Shown here one piece after another: positions 6,811 through 18,259 of a stretch of DNA of 32,000 nucleotides. How positions within the stretch are numbered: position 1 is the first letter of the stretch; each line of letters opens with the position of its first letter. A program made the translations under genes and the position numbers. Under the pieces are notes generated by a model. That model had not been told where the DNA came from, did not search any database, and saw only the letters and a program-made list of their open reading frames with translations. The DNA is taken from positions 1 through 32,000 of the forward strand of contig RQZE01000007.1 in assembly GCA_003858585.1 (NCBI GenBank), given 5' to 3'. This DNA comes from Erysipelotrichaceae bacterium OH741_COT-311. GTDB lineage: Bacteria > Bacillota_I > Bacilli_A > Erysipelotrichales > Erysipelotrichaceae.

Positions 6811-9012
6811 TTATTTAATTACACGATCAATCGTGATAACACCATCTACTTTTTTCAAATTGGCAATAATATTATTTAAATGATCAATATCATCCACTAA
6901 CACAGCAAATTTAGTAATTACTGTTAAGTTTTCATTATTTACAACAGAATTAATAGACTGTAACGATCCTTTATATTGTGAAATTACCGTTACAATATCT
7001 GTCAGCAAAAAATTACGATCACGAGATACAATATTGATATTTGCTTCATATTTTCTCGCTTCTCTTTGACTATCCCAATATACATCAATTAAACGTTTGC
7101 GTTCTTTTTCAATGTTTGGACAATCCACACGATGTACTTTGACCCCTTGTCCTTTTGAAATATAACCCTTAATTTCTTCTCCATAAATAGGATTACAACA
7201 AGATGCCAAACTGATCTTCATAGTATCAACACCTTTTACCATGATACCAGTTTTGCTTGGTATCTTGCGTTTGTGTTCTTTACTATTGATAATGTTAGTT
7301 AATGTCGTAGAATCAAACAGAGATTTTTTAGTATTTGTAATTTTCTCTACCGCTGTAATTAACGATATCGACTTAACCGCAATGGCATACATAAAGTCAT
7401 TGTAGTTACTAACTTGAAACTGTCCATAAATTCCTTCCAGTTTACCGGAAACCATGTACTCACTCGGTTCAAATCCACGTTTTTTAAGTTCCGCAGATAA
7501 AGTCACTTCTCCTTGTTTAATAATGTCTTGGCGACGTTCAGTTTCCTTCTTTGCTAAAAAATTTTTAATTTTATTTTTGGCATGATTCGTTTTTACAAAC
7601 TTTAACCAATCAGCACTTGGTTCTGAATTCTTTGTTGTCCTTAATTGAACAACATCTCCCGTTTTTAACACTGTATTTAATGGCACTAAAGATTCATTTA
7701 CAATAGCTCCTGTTGTTTGATGACCTATTTCAGTATGTACACGATATGCAAAATCAATTGGAGTTGCACCGTTTGGCAAATCAATGACTCTACCTTTAGG
7801 TGTCATAACATAGACATTTGCTTCAAAAACATCTTTTGTTAAAGTATCCATATACGCACTAGGACTATCATTATCTAAATCTTCAGTAAGCGTTTCTAAA
7901 TCTTTAAACCAAGACAATTTATTTTCAATCTCACGTTGTTCATTGCGTGGATTATAATTAGTATTTTCTTTATAACGCCAATGGGCAGCAACCCCTTGAT
8001 CGGCAATCTGATCCATTTCTTCCGTGCGTATTTGCACCTCAAAGATTCGACCATTTTCTCCAACAATGGTAGTATGCAACGATTGATACATGTTCATTTT
8101 AGGCATTGCAATATAGTCTTTCAATCGACCAGGGATTGGTCGATAAGTTGCATGAATAAACCCTAATACCTCATAACAATTCAACTCAGTCTTAGTAATG
8201 ATACGAATCGCTAATAGATCCAGGATTTCTTCAAAGCGTTTATTTTTTGTTGTCATCTTTTTATAAATAGAATAAAGATGTTTAGAACGACCAAAGATAC
8301 GAAATGGAATATGATTTGTTTTTAAGATATTAGAAATCTCATAAATCATGGAATTGACTTGTATATCACGTTCATTTTTTTTGGCTTCCACTAATCTAGC
8401 GATGTGATAATACTCATCACGATTTAAATAAAAGAAACTCAAATCTTCTAATTCATTTTTGATTTCAGAAATCCCCAATCGATGTGCAATTGGAGCATAT
8501 ACATTCAATGTTTCTTGGGCAATTTTAATTTGTTTTTCCTCCTTCATATATTGTAAAGTACGCATATTATGAAGACGATCAACTAACTTGATTAGAATAA
8601 CACGAATATCTTTTGCCATAGCAATAAAAATCTTACGATGATTGGCAGCTTGATATTCTTTTTCATCTTTAAATTTTAAATTACCGATCTTAGTAACAGC
8701 TTCAACTAAAGTTGCAATTTCTTCATCAAAATCACTAGTCAATTGTTCTTTTGAGACATCACAATCTTCAATCACATCATGAAGCAAACCCGCTGCAATT
8801 GTTTTAGGACCAACATGCAGTTGAGATAGTATATAAGCTACTTGACAAAGGTGTGTGAAGTACGGCTCTTGATTTTTACGAAACTGACCTTCATGATGCT
8901 CTTGCGCATAATTATAGGCTTTTTCAATCAAATCCAATGAATCTTGATTGGTAATATAACTTTTTATTGACTCAAATAAAACATCATGTGTTACCTCTAA
9001 AAATTTAACCAT
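6811..9012 (-). CDS. relA: Bifunctional (p)ppGpp synthetase/hydrolase Rel
   Basis: 733 aa. HD hydrolase motif (LLHDVIEDC), synthetase motifs (GRSKHLYSIYKKM, DLLAIRIIT, EVQIRT), and TGS and ACT-like C-terminal regions. Confidence 0.95.
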   Translation of the reverse strand: MVKFLEVTHDVLFESIKSYITNQDSLDLIEKAYNYAQEHHEGQFRKNQEPYFTHLCQVAYILSQLHVGPKTIAAGLLHDVIEDCDVSKEQLTSDFDEEIATLVEAVTKIGNLKFKDEKEYQAANHRKIFIAMAKDIRVILIKLVDRLHNMRTLQYMKEEKQIKIAQETLNVYAPIAHRLGISEIKNELEDLSFFYLNRDEYYHIARLVEAKKNERDIQVNSMIYEISNILKTNHIPFRIFGRSKHLYSIYKKMTTKNKRFEEILDLLAIRIITKTELNCYEVLGFIHATYRPIPGRLKDYIAMPKMNMYQSLHTTIVGENGRIFEVQIRTEEMDQIADQGVAAHWRYKENTNYNPRNEQREIENKLSWFKDLETLTEDLDNDSPSAYMDTLTKDVFEANVYVMTPKGRVIDLPNGATPIDFAYRVHTEIGHQTTGAIVNESLVPLNTVLKTGDVVQLRTTKNSEPSADWLKFVKTNHAKNKIKNFLAKKETERRQDIIKQGEVTLSAELKKRGFEPSEYMVSGKLEGIYGQFQVSNYNDFMYAIAVKSISLITAVEKITNTKKSLFDSTTLTNIINSKEHKRKIPSKTGIMVKGVDTMKISLASCCNPIYGEEIKGYISKGQGVKVHRVDCPNIEKERKRLIDVYWDSQREARKYEANINIVSRDRNFLLTDIVTVISQYKGSLQSINSVVNNENLTVITKFAVLVDDIDHLNNIIANLKKVDGVITIDRVIK

Positions 9013-9032
9013 ATATTCACTCCTTTCTTTAT

Positions 9033-9058
9033 GAAAAAACCGAAGAACAATCTTCGAC
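9033..9058 (-). terminator. Weak hairpin plus U-tract between apt and rel (partial terminator or attenuator)
   Basis: cgaaga (9041..9046) / tcttcg (9051..9056), extendable by two G-U pairs. On the minus strand UUUUUU follows. Confidence 0.4.
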
Positions 9059-9063
9059 TTTAC

Positions 9064-9576
9064 TTAATAACTTAACACAGTAAAAACATCGTACTTACTT
9101 AATGTTTCACGTCCTTTTAAACCTAATAATTCAATTAAAAAAGCACATCCTACAACTTCTCCACCCATTTGCTCCACAATTTTAATTGTTGCCTCTACAG
9201 TACCACCTGTAGCAAGCAAATCATCAACAATCAACACTTTTTGACCTGGTTTAATCGCATCCTTATGCATGTGAAGCTCATTTGTTCCATACTCCAAATC
9301 ATATTGATAACTAATTGTTTCCCTAGGCAGTTTATTCGGTTTACGTACCGGCGCAAAGCCAATGCCCATATTTGTCGCAACTGGACATCCGAAAATAAAA
9401 CCACGTGATTCCGGTCCTACAATGATATCAGCTTTTTTTTCACGAGCAAAAGCTTCAATTTGACTGACAGCCTCTTTAAAAGCTTCTCCATCTGCCATTA
9501 ATGGTGTAATATCTCGAAATAAAATACCTTCTTTAGGAAAATTTGGTATTTCAGCAATATAATTTTTTAAATTCAT
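9064..9576 (-). CDS. apt: Adenine phosphoribosyltransferase
   Basis: [26 protein letters not shown] and the PRPP-binding motif [13 protein letters not shown]. Start set at the ATG at 9576, preceded by AAGGAG. Confidence 0.95.
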   Translation of the reverse strand: MNLKNYIAEIPNFPKEGILFRDITPLMADGEAFKEAVSQIEAFAREKKADIIVGPESRGFIFGCPVATNMGIGFAPVRKPNKLPRETISYQYDLEYGTNELHMHKDAIKPGQKVLIVDDLLATGGTVEATIKIVEQMGGEVVGCAFLIELLGLKGRETLSKYDVFTVLSY

Positions 9577-9609
9577 GTCTAATCTCCTTATAACCTCCAT
9601 ATTATACCA

Positions 9610-11133
9610 TTACATAATATCTTGGACAATGATTTGTAATGATTCTTTATTAAAATATCTATTTAATTGGATTGTTCCAATTATGTATGTTGTAGAATCT
9701 AAAATATTTAATTTTTTAAAACAAATTGCATTTACATCTTCTTGTAGTTTCCACTTTGGATACATTCCTTTTAGCATTGTATATGGAACATGCTTCACTT
9801 CAAACGCCCACTGTGGTAACACAAAGCCTTCTCCAAATGGACGAAAATGACATAACTGCTTAAAATCATCCACCGTTATATGCTTAATAAGATAAACATC
9901 TTCAACCATTTGTTTAAAAATAATCTTATCCTTTTCAATATTGGATTTTAATATTTTAAGATGATTTAAAGATAAAGATAAGCCTACCGCTTGACCATGT
10001 CCGCCAAAACTTTGAAACAACTCTTTGTATTGACTTAAATAATCATACAAATGAAATCCTTTAATACTACGACCGGAACCCTTTAAAATGGTATTTTCTT
10101 GTGAAAACACCAAAGTTGGACGATTTGTTTTACTTGCAATATTTCCTGCAGCTAAGCCACAAATCCCTTGATGAAAAGATGTATCATATAAAATATGGAT
10201 AGCATCTTCTTTTATATCCTGTAAACCTTTTATAACCATTTGTTGAGATAATTCTTTACGTTTATTATTAATTTGTATAATTTGACTAGCAACATTTAAA
10301 ATAGATCGATCATCCTTTAATAAAAAATATTTCACTAAATTATTAGGGTTACTATCTTCTAGACGACCAACCGCATTCACTTTAGGCACTATTTGATAAG
10401 CAATATCAAATTCATCGTACTCTGATTTTGGCAACACTAATGCCTTAATCGTTGCATAATTAGAGGTATTTAATATATGTAAGCCATATTTAATCAACTT
10501 ACGATTTTCATACCAAACCGGCATTACATCTCCAATGGTTGCGATCATTGCTAAAACAACTAAATACTCCTCTTCTAGAAAACATCGACTCACCAATAAA
10601 GCAAGCCCTGCACCACATAATCCTTGAAATTGTTGTTCTAAATAATCAGGATGTAAAACCTCATAACAGTCTATCGGTTGACTTTGAATGTGATGATCTG
10701 TAACAATCACATCAATATGCAATTGCTTTGCTACTTCTAAAGCTTCAAAAGCACTAATACCATTATCCACTGTGATAATAAGCGAATATCCTTTAGAAGC
10801 AACTTTCGATACCGTCTCCCCTTTCAATCCATATCCATCTTGAAATCGATTGGGTATGTAATATCCATTTTCAATCCCTAAAGCATCCAGTGTATATTTT
10901 AAAATGGTTACTGCCATAATTCCATCACAATCATAGTCTCCGGCAATAAATACTTTTTCTTGATTATCTTTCGCCTGATAAATACGTTGAACAATACGAT
11001 CTAAGCGATGATTTGGACACTTCGTTAATTCTATATTATTATCCATTAATTGTTGTATCTGTTCTTCATTTAAATGATTGTATTCAATGACATTATCAAT
11101 TAATTTCTTCTTTGCCTCTTTAAATTGATACAT
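9610..11133 (-). CDS. recJ: Single-stranded-DNA-specific exonuclease RecJ (short form, DHH family)
   Basis: 507 aa with DHH-family motifs (GDYDCDG, TVDNG, VTDHH) and GGHGQAVG (DHHA1). Synteny secDF-recJ-apt-rel as in Bacilli. Confidence 0.85.
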   Translation of the reverse strand: MYQFKEAKKKLIDNVIEYNHLNEEQIQQLMDNNIELTKCPNHRLDRIVQRIYQAKDNQEKVFIAGDYDCDGIMAVTILKYTLDALGIENGYYIPNRFQDGYGLKGETVSKVASKGYSLIITVDNGISAFEALEVAKQLHIDVIVTDHHIQSQPIDCYEVLHPDYLEQQFQGLCGAGLALLVSRCFLEEEYLVVLAMIATIGDVMPVWYENRKLIKYGLHILNTSNYATIKALVLPKSEYDEFDIAYQIVPKVNAVGRLEDSNPNNLVKYFLLKDDRSILNVASQIIQINNKRKELSQQMVIKGLQDIKEDAIHILYDTSFHQGICGLAAGNIASKTNRPTLVFSQENTILKGSGRSIKGFHLYDYLSQYKELFQSFGGHGQAVGLSLSLNHLKILKSNIEKDKIIFKQMVEDVYLIKHITVDDFKQLCHFRPFGEGFVLPQWAFEVKHVPYTMLKGMYPKWKLQEDVNAICFKKLNILDSTTYIIGTIQLNRYFNKESLQIIVQDIM

Positions 11134-11162
11134 AATCTATTATCCTCATTTTACAATAGTAA

Positions 11163-11188
11163 CATAAAAAGCTATCTTACGATAGCTT
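11163..11188 (-). terminator. Rho-independent terminator after secDF
   Basis: aagctatc (11169..11176) / gatagctt (11181..11188) with a 4-nt loop. On the minus strand UUUAUGUU follows. Confidence 0.65.
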
Positions 11189-13476
11189 TAAGCATTAATT
11201 CCTTTAATTGTCATTTCATCTAAATCTTCTTTAAATTTCTTACGTTGTTTTGGTTTTGGTGTATAGTGCGTACGGATGTATAACCATACATATTGTGATA
11301 CAAAGATAGAACTAATTGTACCTGCAATTAAACCAACAAAGAATGCTAAATTGAAGACAAAGATTGCATTTGAACCAATTAATAACAAGAAAATAACCGG
11401 TAAAATTGTTGTAACTGAAGAAAAAATAGAACGAATCATTGTATGATGTAATGCATTGTTTACTACATCACGGTAATCATTTGGTTTTAATACCGGTTTT
11501 TTAATCATTTCCAACTCTTCTCGTACACGATCAAATACAACGATTGAGTTATTAATCGAATATCCAATAATTGCTAAAATAACTGATACAAACTCCGTAT
11601 TAATTTCAATCCTAAAAATAGCAAAAACTGAAACTACAATTAAGACGTCATGTAATAAGGCAACAATGCAACTTACACCATAGTCCCATTTAAAGCGAAT
11701 AGTAATATATACAAGCATCGCTAACCAAGCAAGAATAGATAATAAGAAAGCATTACGAACTAGGTCACGACCCACTACAGGTGTTACAACGTTATCGTTA
11801 GGTTCAATGCCATACTTTAACTGAAATATTTCTTTGATTTTTAAAATTTGATCTTGTTGTAATGATTCTTTAATTGTTACGTTAACTGTTTCTTCTCCAC
11901 TGATTTGATATTTCGCATTTGGATAACCCAATTGTTTAAATTCTGCCTGAACATCTTCAACACGAATAGACTCATTTGCTACAACTGTAATTTTTGTTCC
12001 ACTTGAAAAATCAATACCTAGATTTAAAGCAGATCCATTTGAAGTCTGATTGACAATCATTATCACAACCGCCAGCACCATAATTCCAATAGAAATTAAA
12101 ATTTGTTTTGGTGCAATCTTCATATAATCATATTGTTTCATTGGACCAAAATATCTTTGTTCTTCATTTTTATTTAAATCAGGTATTAAATTTGTTTTAA
12201 CATTAAACCATGACTTACGATTATCCAAACAACCAGAGTTAACTAATTGATTCATCAAGAAACGAGAAGCTCCAACATTTAATAACAGTGTCATAAAAGA
12301 AGTAATGATTAACATTGTTGCAAAACCTTTTACAGCACCATTACCAAAGATATACATAATAAAACCTGCAATTAATGTAGTAATCTGTGCATCAAAGATT
12401 GTCATAAATGATGTTGATTGACCCATTTTAACTGCATTTTTAACACTATGACCTTTATATAATTCATCTTTTACACGTTCAAAGGTAATAATATTCGCAT
12501 CCACCGTCATACCGATACCTAATACTAAGGCAGCAATACCAGTTAATGTAAAGACTGCACCAATAGAAGAGTAAATAAAAAATACTGCAAACATATAAAC
12601 CGCAAACATGATTGTTGCAATAACACCTTGTATGCGATATACAAAAATCATAAATAAAACAATCGCTAAAACACCAACTATACCGGCAAGTGCTGTTTTA
12701 TTTAACGCTTGTAACCCATAGTCAGCTGAAACTACATTACTTGAAATTTCAGTCATTTTTACCGGTAATGAACCAGAAGAAATTAAATCTGCTAATTCTC
12801 TAGCTTCTGCTTCTGTAAAGTTCCCCTCAATAATCGCATCTCCATCAATCGCCTTATTTACACCAGCTACCGAAATGTATTTTGTAGGTAACCCTTGATT
12901 CGCTTTTTGAAGTTCTGCTGCATAACTATCGCCTTCCTCAAAATCCAACCAAGTAACAATTAAATTGTTTCCAGCTGTAGCTGAAGCCAATTTTGAAGTA
13001 ATTTCTTTAAACTTTGCTGTATCGGCAATTTTCAATGATACAATAGGTTTTCCATCCTGAAACGCTAATGATGCTCCACCTTCTTGAATAATCGTTGCAT
13101 CTGCAAGTAAGGTATCATTTACATCACGAAACGATAAATTTGCAGTAGAGGAAATCACTCGACGAGCTTGACTTTGATCGCTAACCCCTGCTAATTGCAC
13201 ACGTATACGATTATCTCCTTCAATAATAATTTCAGGTTCACTAACACCTAAAACATTAATTCTCTTTGAAATACTTTTAACAACCGCACTCATTTCTGGA
13301 AGTTGTTTTTCTTCACTTAACGGACTTACTTCATATAAAATTTCAAAACCACCTTGCAAGTCTAACCCTAAAACTAAATTACTTTTAATGTCATTATAAA
13401 AGCTTGCAATAATCGCTACAATCGCAACTATCGTGACAAAAAATGTCATTAAATGGGTACGTTTACTTTTACTCAC
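11188..13476 (-). CDS. secDF: Fused protein translocase subunit SecDF
   Basis: 762 aa with 12 predicted TM segments in two blocks and a periplasmic-type loop. GTG start at 13476 preceded by GGGAGG. Overlaps the upstream gene by 8 nt. Confidence 0.9.
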   Translation of the reverse strand: MSKSKRTHLMTFFVTIVAIVAIIASFYNDIKSNLVLGLDLQGGFEILYEVSPLSEEKQLPEMSAVVKSISKRINVLGVSEPEIIIEGDNRIRVQLAGVSDQSQARRVISSTANLSFRDVNDTLLADATIIQEGGASLAFQDGKPIVSLKIADTAKFKEITSKLASATAGNNLIVTWLDFEEGDSYAAELQKANQGLPTKYISVAGVNKAIDGDAIIEGNFTEAEARELADLISSGSLPVKMTEISSNVVSADYGLQALNKTALAGIVGVLAIVLFMIFVYRIQGVIATIMFAVYMFAVFFIYSSIGAVFTLTGIAALVLGIGMTVDANIITFERVKDELYKGHSVKNAVKMGQSTSFMTIFDAQITTLIAGFIMYIFGNGAVKGFATMLIITSFMTLLLNVGASRFLMNQLVNSGCLDNRKSWFNVKTNLIPDLNKNEEQRYFGPMKQYDYMKIAPKQILISIGIMVLAVVIMIVNQTSNGSALNLGIDFSSGTKITVVANESIRVEDVQAEFKQLGYPNAKYQISGEETVNVTIKESLQQDQILKIKEIFQLKYGIEPNDNVVTPVVGRDLVRNAFLLSILAWLAMLVYITIRFKWDYGVSCIVALLHDVLIVVSVFAIFRIEINTEFVSVILAIIGYSINNSIVVFDRVREELEMIKKPVLKPNDYRDVVNNALHHTMIRSIFSSVTTILPVIFLLLIGSNAIFVFNLAFFVGLIAGTISSIFVSQYVWLYIRTHYTPKPKQRKKFKEDLDEMTIKGINA

Positions 13477-13768
13477 TTTCTTTTCCTCCCTTGTTTATTA
13501 AATTTGTAAATTCAGATAATGGACGATAATATCCCTCTACAATTGCAGAAGAAGTTAAATACTGTATTACACTAGCAGCATCCACCTTCAAAATATCATT
13601 GACTGCTTCATGCAAAGTAGCAGGAAAGCCCTTTTTCCAAACAACATGTTCTAAATATTCTTCAATATGTTCATACAAAAGTCTATTTAAATCATTTCTT
13701 TGAAGTTGGTGTAACTTCAAAACAATTGATAATTGTATTTGACGATTTTCAAAATCAATCTTTTCCAT
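13469..13768 (-). CDS. ComN-like post-transcriptional regulator family protein
   Basis: 99 aa. The block W.KGFPATLHEAVNDILKV....VIQYL resembles the B. subtilis ComN/YrzD pattern, and comN also precedes secDF in B. subtilis. Confidence 0.6.
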   Translation of the reverse strand: MEKIDFENRQIQLSIVLKLHQLQRNDLNRLLYEHIEEYLEHVVWKKGFPATLHEAVNDILKVDAASVIQYLTSSAIVEGYYRPLSEFTNLINKGGKESE

Positions 13769-13801
13769 TACACTTCCTCCTTAGTAATTCATTATTATAA
13801 C

Positions 13802-15109
13802 CTATTTTCCTAAATCTTTTAATATATATTCTTTAAATAATTGACCTCTTTGTTCAAAATTACGGAATTGATCATACGAGGCACACATTGGCGATAATAA
13901 AACAACATCATTTTTACTAGCTATTTTCTTTGCTACATCAATTGCCTCAAACATGGTATCGACAACATAAGCCTTTGGATAAATCGCTTTTAATTGCTCT
14001 TTTACAGCACCAAAGACAATCATATCTTTAACTTTATTTAAATACGGAATCATATCATGAAATCCCGTTTTTTTATCATATCCTCCGGCCAATAAGATGA
14101 CCGGATCTTTAAACGCTTTTAAGGCAACGATAGTTGCATCTGTATTAGTACCTTTGGAATCATTATAATAACGAATATCGTTAATGGTAGCTACAAATTC
14201 TATACGATGCTCAACACCCTTAAATGCCTGTATTCCTGTACGTATATCTTCTAAAGAAACTCCCATCAGATAAGCCATCATAGAAGCTACCATTGCATTT
14301 GAAACATTATGCATACCCACTAACCTTAAATCCCCAAGATCAAAAAGCATGACATCACGATAATATACTTTATCTTCCTGAATATATACATCAGCCTTTT
14401 GAACGGTTGAATACGTAATTACTTGTGCCTTGATGTCTTTTACATAATTAACAACTTGCTCATCATCTAGATTTAACAAAAAATAATCTTGTTCATCTTG
14501 ATATTTATAAACCAATGTTTTGGCTTTATAATACGCATCTACATTTGTAAAATAATCCAAATGATCTGGTGTTAAATTTGTAATAACCGATACTTTTGGT
14601 TTAAATGTTTCAATTCCCAACAATTGAAATGCCGCTATTTCAAGGGCAATATCTAAAGGTTGATCTTGATATTTTAATACTATTTCACTTAATGGTAAAC
14701 CGATATTTCCTGCCGCCTGATTGATTGGATTTTTTAATTTTAATAATTCACTTAATAATTGCGTTGTTGTTGTTTTTCCATTTGTGCCTGTTATAGCTCC
14801 ATATTGATATTGTTTAACAAAACGACTCGCTACTTCAATTTCATTATATATAGACACCTGTAAGTCTTGAAAATACTTCACGAATGGTACCGTATAAGGG
14901 ATGCCCGGATTTTTCACAACAAATGCATACTGATATGTTTTTAATACTTCCGGATGCCCCCCATCATATACATGGATACCTAACGCTTCTAATGCTTTCT
15001 TATCTTTGATTTCATTCGCATCGGTTAAATATACTTCATAGCCTTTTTGTACCAAAAGTTTACTAACAGCACTTCCACTTAGTGAAGCTCCAATTACCAG
15101 CACTTTCAT
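13802..15109 (-). CDS. murD: UDP-N-acetylmuramoylalanine--D-glutamate ligase
   Basis: 435 aa with N-terminal Rossmann motif VIGASLSG and Mur ligase P-loop GTNGKTTT. 4-nt overlap with mraY. Confidence 0.95.
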   Translation of the reverse strand: MKVLVIGASLSGSAVSKLLVQKGYEVYLTDANEIKDKKALEALGIHVYDGGHPEVLKTYQYAFVVKNPGIPYTVPFVKYFQDLQVSIYNEIEVASRFVKQYQYGAITGTNGKTTTTQLLSELLKLKNPINQAAGNIGLPLSEIVLKYQDQPLDIALEIAAFQLLGIETFKPKVSVITNLTPDHLDYFTNVDAYYKAKTLVYKYQDEQDYFLLNLDDEQVVNYVKDIKAQVITYSTVQKADVYIQEDKVYYRDVMLFDLGDLRLVGMHNVSNAMVASMMAYLMGVSLEDIRTGIQAFKGVEHRIEFVATINDIRYYNDSKGTNTDATIVALKAFKDPVILLAGGYDKKTGFHDMIPYLNKVKDMIVFGAVKEQLKAIYPKAYVVDTMFEAIDVAKKIASKNDVVLLSPMCASYDQFRNFEQRGQLFKEYILKDLGK

Positions 15110-16071
15110 CCCAATAACCCCACAATCAATCCAAGTAAGGCTAAAAGAGCATTTAATAACCAGAAATTACGTACCACATATTCTTCTTTCATACCACCTA
15201 AAACAAAAGCATAATGGATCGGAGTGTAACGAAAGATTCTCTTTTTAAATAGCTTAACCGATGATAATTGAAGCACCACACACAGCATTTCCCAAAGAAA
15301 TACCCCTCCTATAATCAGAAGTAACAATTCCTTTTTCAATACCATTGCTGAAGCAGCAAGTAAAGCTCCAAGGGCTAAAGAACCGGTATCTCCCATAAAG
15401 ATTTGAGCTGGTTTTTTATTATAATATAGATAAGCTAACAAAGCACCTAATACACCGGAAAGTAAAATGGCTAAGTGATACTCTTTAGCAAGATATGCAA
15501 ATACAAGAAAAGGAACAATACTAATAAAACTACATCCTGCCGCTAAGCCATCCATACCATCTGTAAAATTGACCGCATTTGATTCTGAAGCAAACATAAT
15601 AAAAACAAAAACACTGTAGAAAATACCTAAATTAATCCCTACACCTATAAGCGGAATCGTAATCACACTACTTGCATGATTACGATATAACACATAAAAT
15701 ACAATGGCCAAAACAATTTGAAACAATAGCTTATAAATGGGTTTTAAACCTTGATTATCTTTCTTAATCACAATAATATAGTCATCAATAAAACCGATTA
15801 AGCCATAGCCTAAAAATGATACCATTACAATCATACTCTTCATATTAAATATCGAATGATAATCCAAAATAATTGTAGTTAGAATTGGAAGAAGCACAAA
15901 TAAGACGCCACCCATAATTGGCGTCTTTGCTTTTTCTTTAAATTCATCTAACGAATACACATTTACAACTTGATGATAATTAATACCCTTTAAATACTGA
16001 ATATACTTAGGCATAGCTACGAGAATCACTACTAAATTAATAATAAACGCAAGTATTACTTGAACAAACAT
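15106..16071 (-). CDS. mraY: Phospho-N-acetylmuramoyl-pentapeptide transferase
   Basis: 321-aa polytopic membrane protein with MraY motifs (NAVNFTDGMDGLA, FMGDTGSLALG). Confidence 0.95.
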   Translation of the reverse strand: MFVQVILAFIINLVVILVAMPKYIQYLKGINYHQVVNVYSLDEFKEKAKTPIMGGVLFVLLPILTTIILDYHSIFNMKSMIVMVSFLGYGLIGFIDDYIIVIKKDNQGLKPIYKLLFQIVLAIVFYVLYRNHASSVITIPLIGVGINLGIFYSVFVFIMFASESNAVNFTDGMDGLAAGCSFISIVPFLVFAYLAKEYHLAILLSGVLGALLAYLYYNKKPAQIFMGDTGSLALGALLAASAMVLKKELLLLIIGGVFLWEMLCVVLQLSSVKLFKKRIFRYTPIHYAFVLGGMKEEYVVRNFWLLNALLALLGLIVGLLG

Positions 16072-16104
16072 ATCAACACTTCCTTTTGCCCTAGTATTAT
16101 AATC

Positions 16105-18258
16105 TTATTTTAAAAATACTTCAATGACATTGTCTTTACTTACAAGAGTATCTGGCATAATCGATTGCTCATATACTAATCCTTGACCTGTAATTTTCAC
16201 TGCCATACCTGTAATATGACCCAGTTGTATGACTTCATTGAAACTCCAACCTATCATATTCGGCATATGAAAACTACCCACTTCTGTAAGCAAGAATACC
16301 TTTTGTTTACTACTTATGGTTTGATGTTCTGTTGGATATTGATCAATGATTGTACTTCCTTGACCTAGTACAATCATATCTAAATGCTTATCAGCTAATT
16401 TTTCATATCCATACTCTAAACTATGGTTAATTAACTTAGGCATTTCATATTGTTTAATTTGAATTTTCTCCTGATTTTCTTGATGTGTCGGAGTTAAATT
16501 ATACATCATTGCCACTTTACGAATAACACCTTTAATAATATCACTACGAGCATGTAAAGAATTATCATAAGCAGATTGGAAACAATAATAAATCATATAA
16601 CGTGGTTTATCTGCCGGAAGTCCTATCATAACTGATGTAATTGATGTACCAGTATCATACCCTTGTCCACCACCTGCAACCTGTGTGGTACCGGTTTTTG
16701 CTATAATTTCCGTTTCCGGAATGCGATAATGACGTGCAGTTCCATCTTTATCATATACCGTTAAATACAATAAATGTTGTAACTGTAAAGCTGTTTCCGG
16801 TGTGATTGGAATATCTACCACATTGGTTTGTCCCTGCACTAATGTTTCATTGGAATATGGATTTACAACACGATCAATAAAGTACGGTTTTACCATCGTT
16901 CCATCTCCTAAGATGGCAGAATAAGCCTGTAGCACTTGTAACATAGTAACACTTGATCCCTGACCATAGGTCATAGCTAACTTATCATGAGCATATTTAT
17001 AATTTTCAGTACCAATTACCTCGTTTAATCCATCCGTTTCTACTTTTTTAAAGAAACCTAATTTATGAACATAATCAGAAAATATTTCAGGTGTGATCAC
17101 TTCCGTTAATATAGAAGAAGTAATAACGTTAGAGGAATAGATAAGCCCAAAGTCATAAGCAATCATCCCCCATTTTCTAAATAAGGCATTGTTAATTTTA
17201 CCTACTGCATTGTCAATATCATATGTACGATAGGGTTGGCCATTTTTGTTTTTAAAATAAAAAGTATTGCTATCTACTAAGGCTTCTCCATCATAAACAC
17301 CTTCGTTAATGGCAGCTGCGTAAACAAAACTTTTAAACACGGAACCAGGTTCGTAAGCATATTGAGAAAGATAATTGTTATAGTCGCTAATTTCTAAGAC
17401 ATTAGGATCAAAGCTTGGATACTGGGAAACTGCTAAAAGTCTACCAGTCGATATTTCCATAACAGCCGCCCAAACTTTTTCTGCTTTAAACTCTTGCGAT
17501 GTCGCTTTAACAGCTGTCTCTAATGTTTCTTGAAGATTTTTATCAATAGTTAAATAAACATCATTACCATTAACTGGAGCAACTGTTTCTTCCTTCATGC
17601 CAGGAAGTATATAACCATTTTTATCTGCTTGAAACAATTTATACCCATCTGTTCCAGTTAAGTATTCGTCTAAGTATTCTTCTACTCCCATTTTACCAAC
17701 TACCGTACCATTTTCATCGGATTGACCATAACCAACTAAATACGATGCAAAGGTTCCAAGTGGATAATTTCTTTTTACACTTTCGGTAAATTCAATACCC
17801 GGTAAATTATAAGATTCTATTTTTTCTTTTTGTTCTTTGGAAATATTACGTCCCTTATTCCCCAATTCTGTTTGATATACATCATTTGTTAAATATTCAA
17901 AGAATACTTTTTCATCCGCATCCAAAATACTCGCTAAAATTCTTGAAGTATACAAAGGATCTTCTACATACGAAACCTTTCCTTTTACACTAGGACGTTT
18001 ATTACTTAAAATAGCTATAATATTATATGTTTTTATATCTTGTGCAATGATATTACCCGATTGATCATAGATATTACCACGTTTCGCTTTTGTAATTTCC
18101 TTACGTAAATTAGCCTTATCTATATAATCATTTAAATTCGTATTTGAACGAAGATGTATTTTACCTATCGCAACTAAAAAAACATTAGCTGATGTAATCA
18201 AGAATACAACTAATGTTATAAGGAATAAAACTTTAATAATACTATTTGTTCTACGCAT
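16105..18258 (-). CDS. Class B penicillin-binding protein (FtsI/PBP2B-like) with two C-terminal PASTA domains
   Basis: Transpeptidase motifs SVFK, SSN and KTGT. Two PASTA-like repeats at the C-terminus. Start placed at the ATG at 18258 (MRRTNSII...), one nt after the ftsL stop. The track ORF extends to 18285. Confidence 0.9.
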   Translation of the reverse strand: MRRTNSIIKVLFLITLVVFLITSANVFLVAIGKIHLRSNTNLNDYIDKANLRKEITKAKRGNIYDQSGNIIAQDIKTYNIIAILSNKRPSVKGKVSYVEDPLYTSRILASILDADEKVFFEYLTNDVYQTELGNKGRNISKEQKEKIESYNLPGIEFTESVKRNYPLGTFASYLVGYGQSDENGTVVGKMGVEEYLDEYLTGTDGYKLFQADKNGYILPGMKEETVAPVNGNDVYLTIDKNLQETLETAVKATSQEFKAEKVWAAVMEISTGRLLAVSQYPSFDPNVLEISDYNNYLSQYAYEPGSVFKSFVYAAAINEGVYDGEALVDSNTFYFKNKNGQPYRTYDIDNAVGKINNALFRKWGMIAYDFGLIYSSNVITSSILTEVITPEIFSDYVHKLGFFKKVETDGLNEVIGTENYKYAHDKLAMTYGQGSSVTMLQVLQAYSAILGDGTMVKPYFIDRVVNPYSNETLVQGQTNVVDIPITPETALQLQHLLYLTVYDKDGTARHYRIPETEIIAKTGTTQVAGGGQGYDTGTSITSVMIGLPADKPRYMIYYCFQSAYDNSLHARSDIIKGVIRKVAMMYNLTPTHQENQEKIQIKQYEMPKLINHSLEYGYEKLADKHLDMIVLGQGSTIIDQYPTEHQTISSKQKVFLLTEVGSFHMPNMIGWSFNEVIQLGHITGMAVKITGQGLVYEQSIMPDTLVSKDNVIEVFLK

Positions 18259-18259
18259 A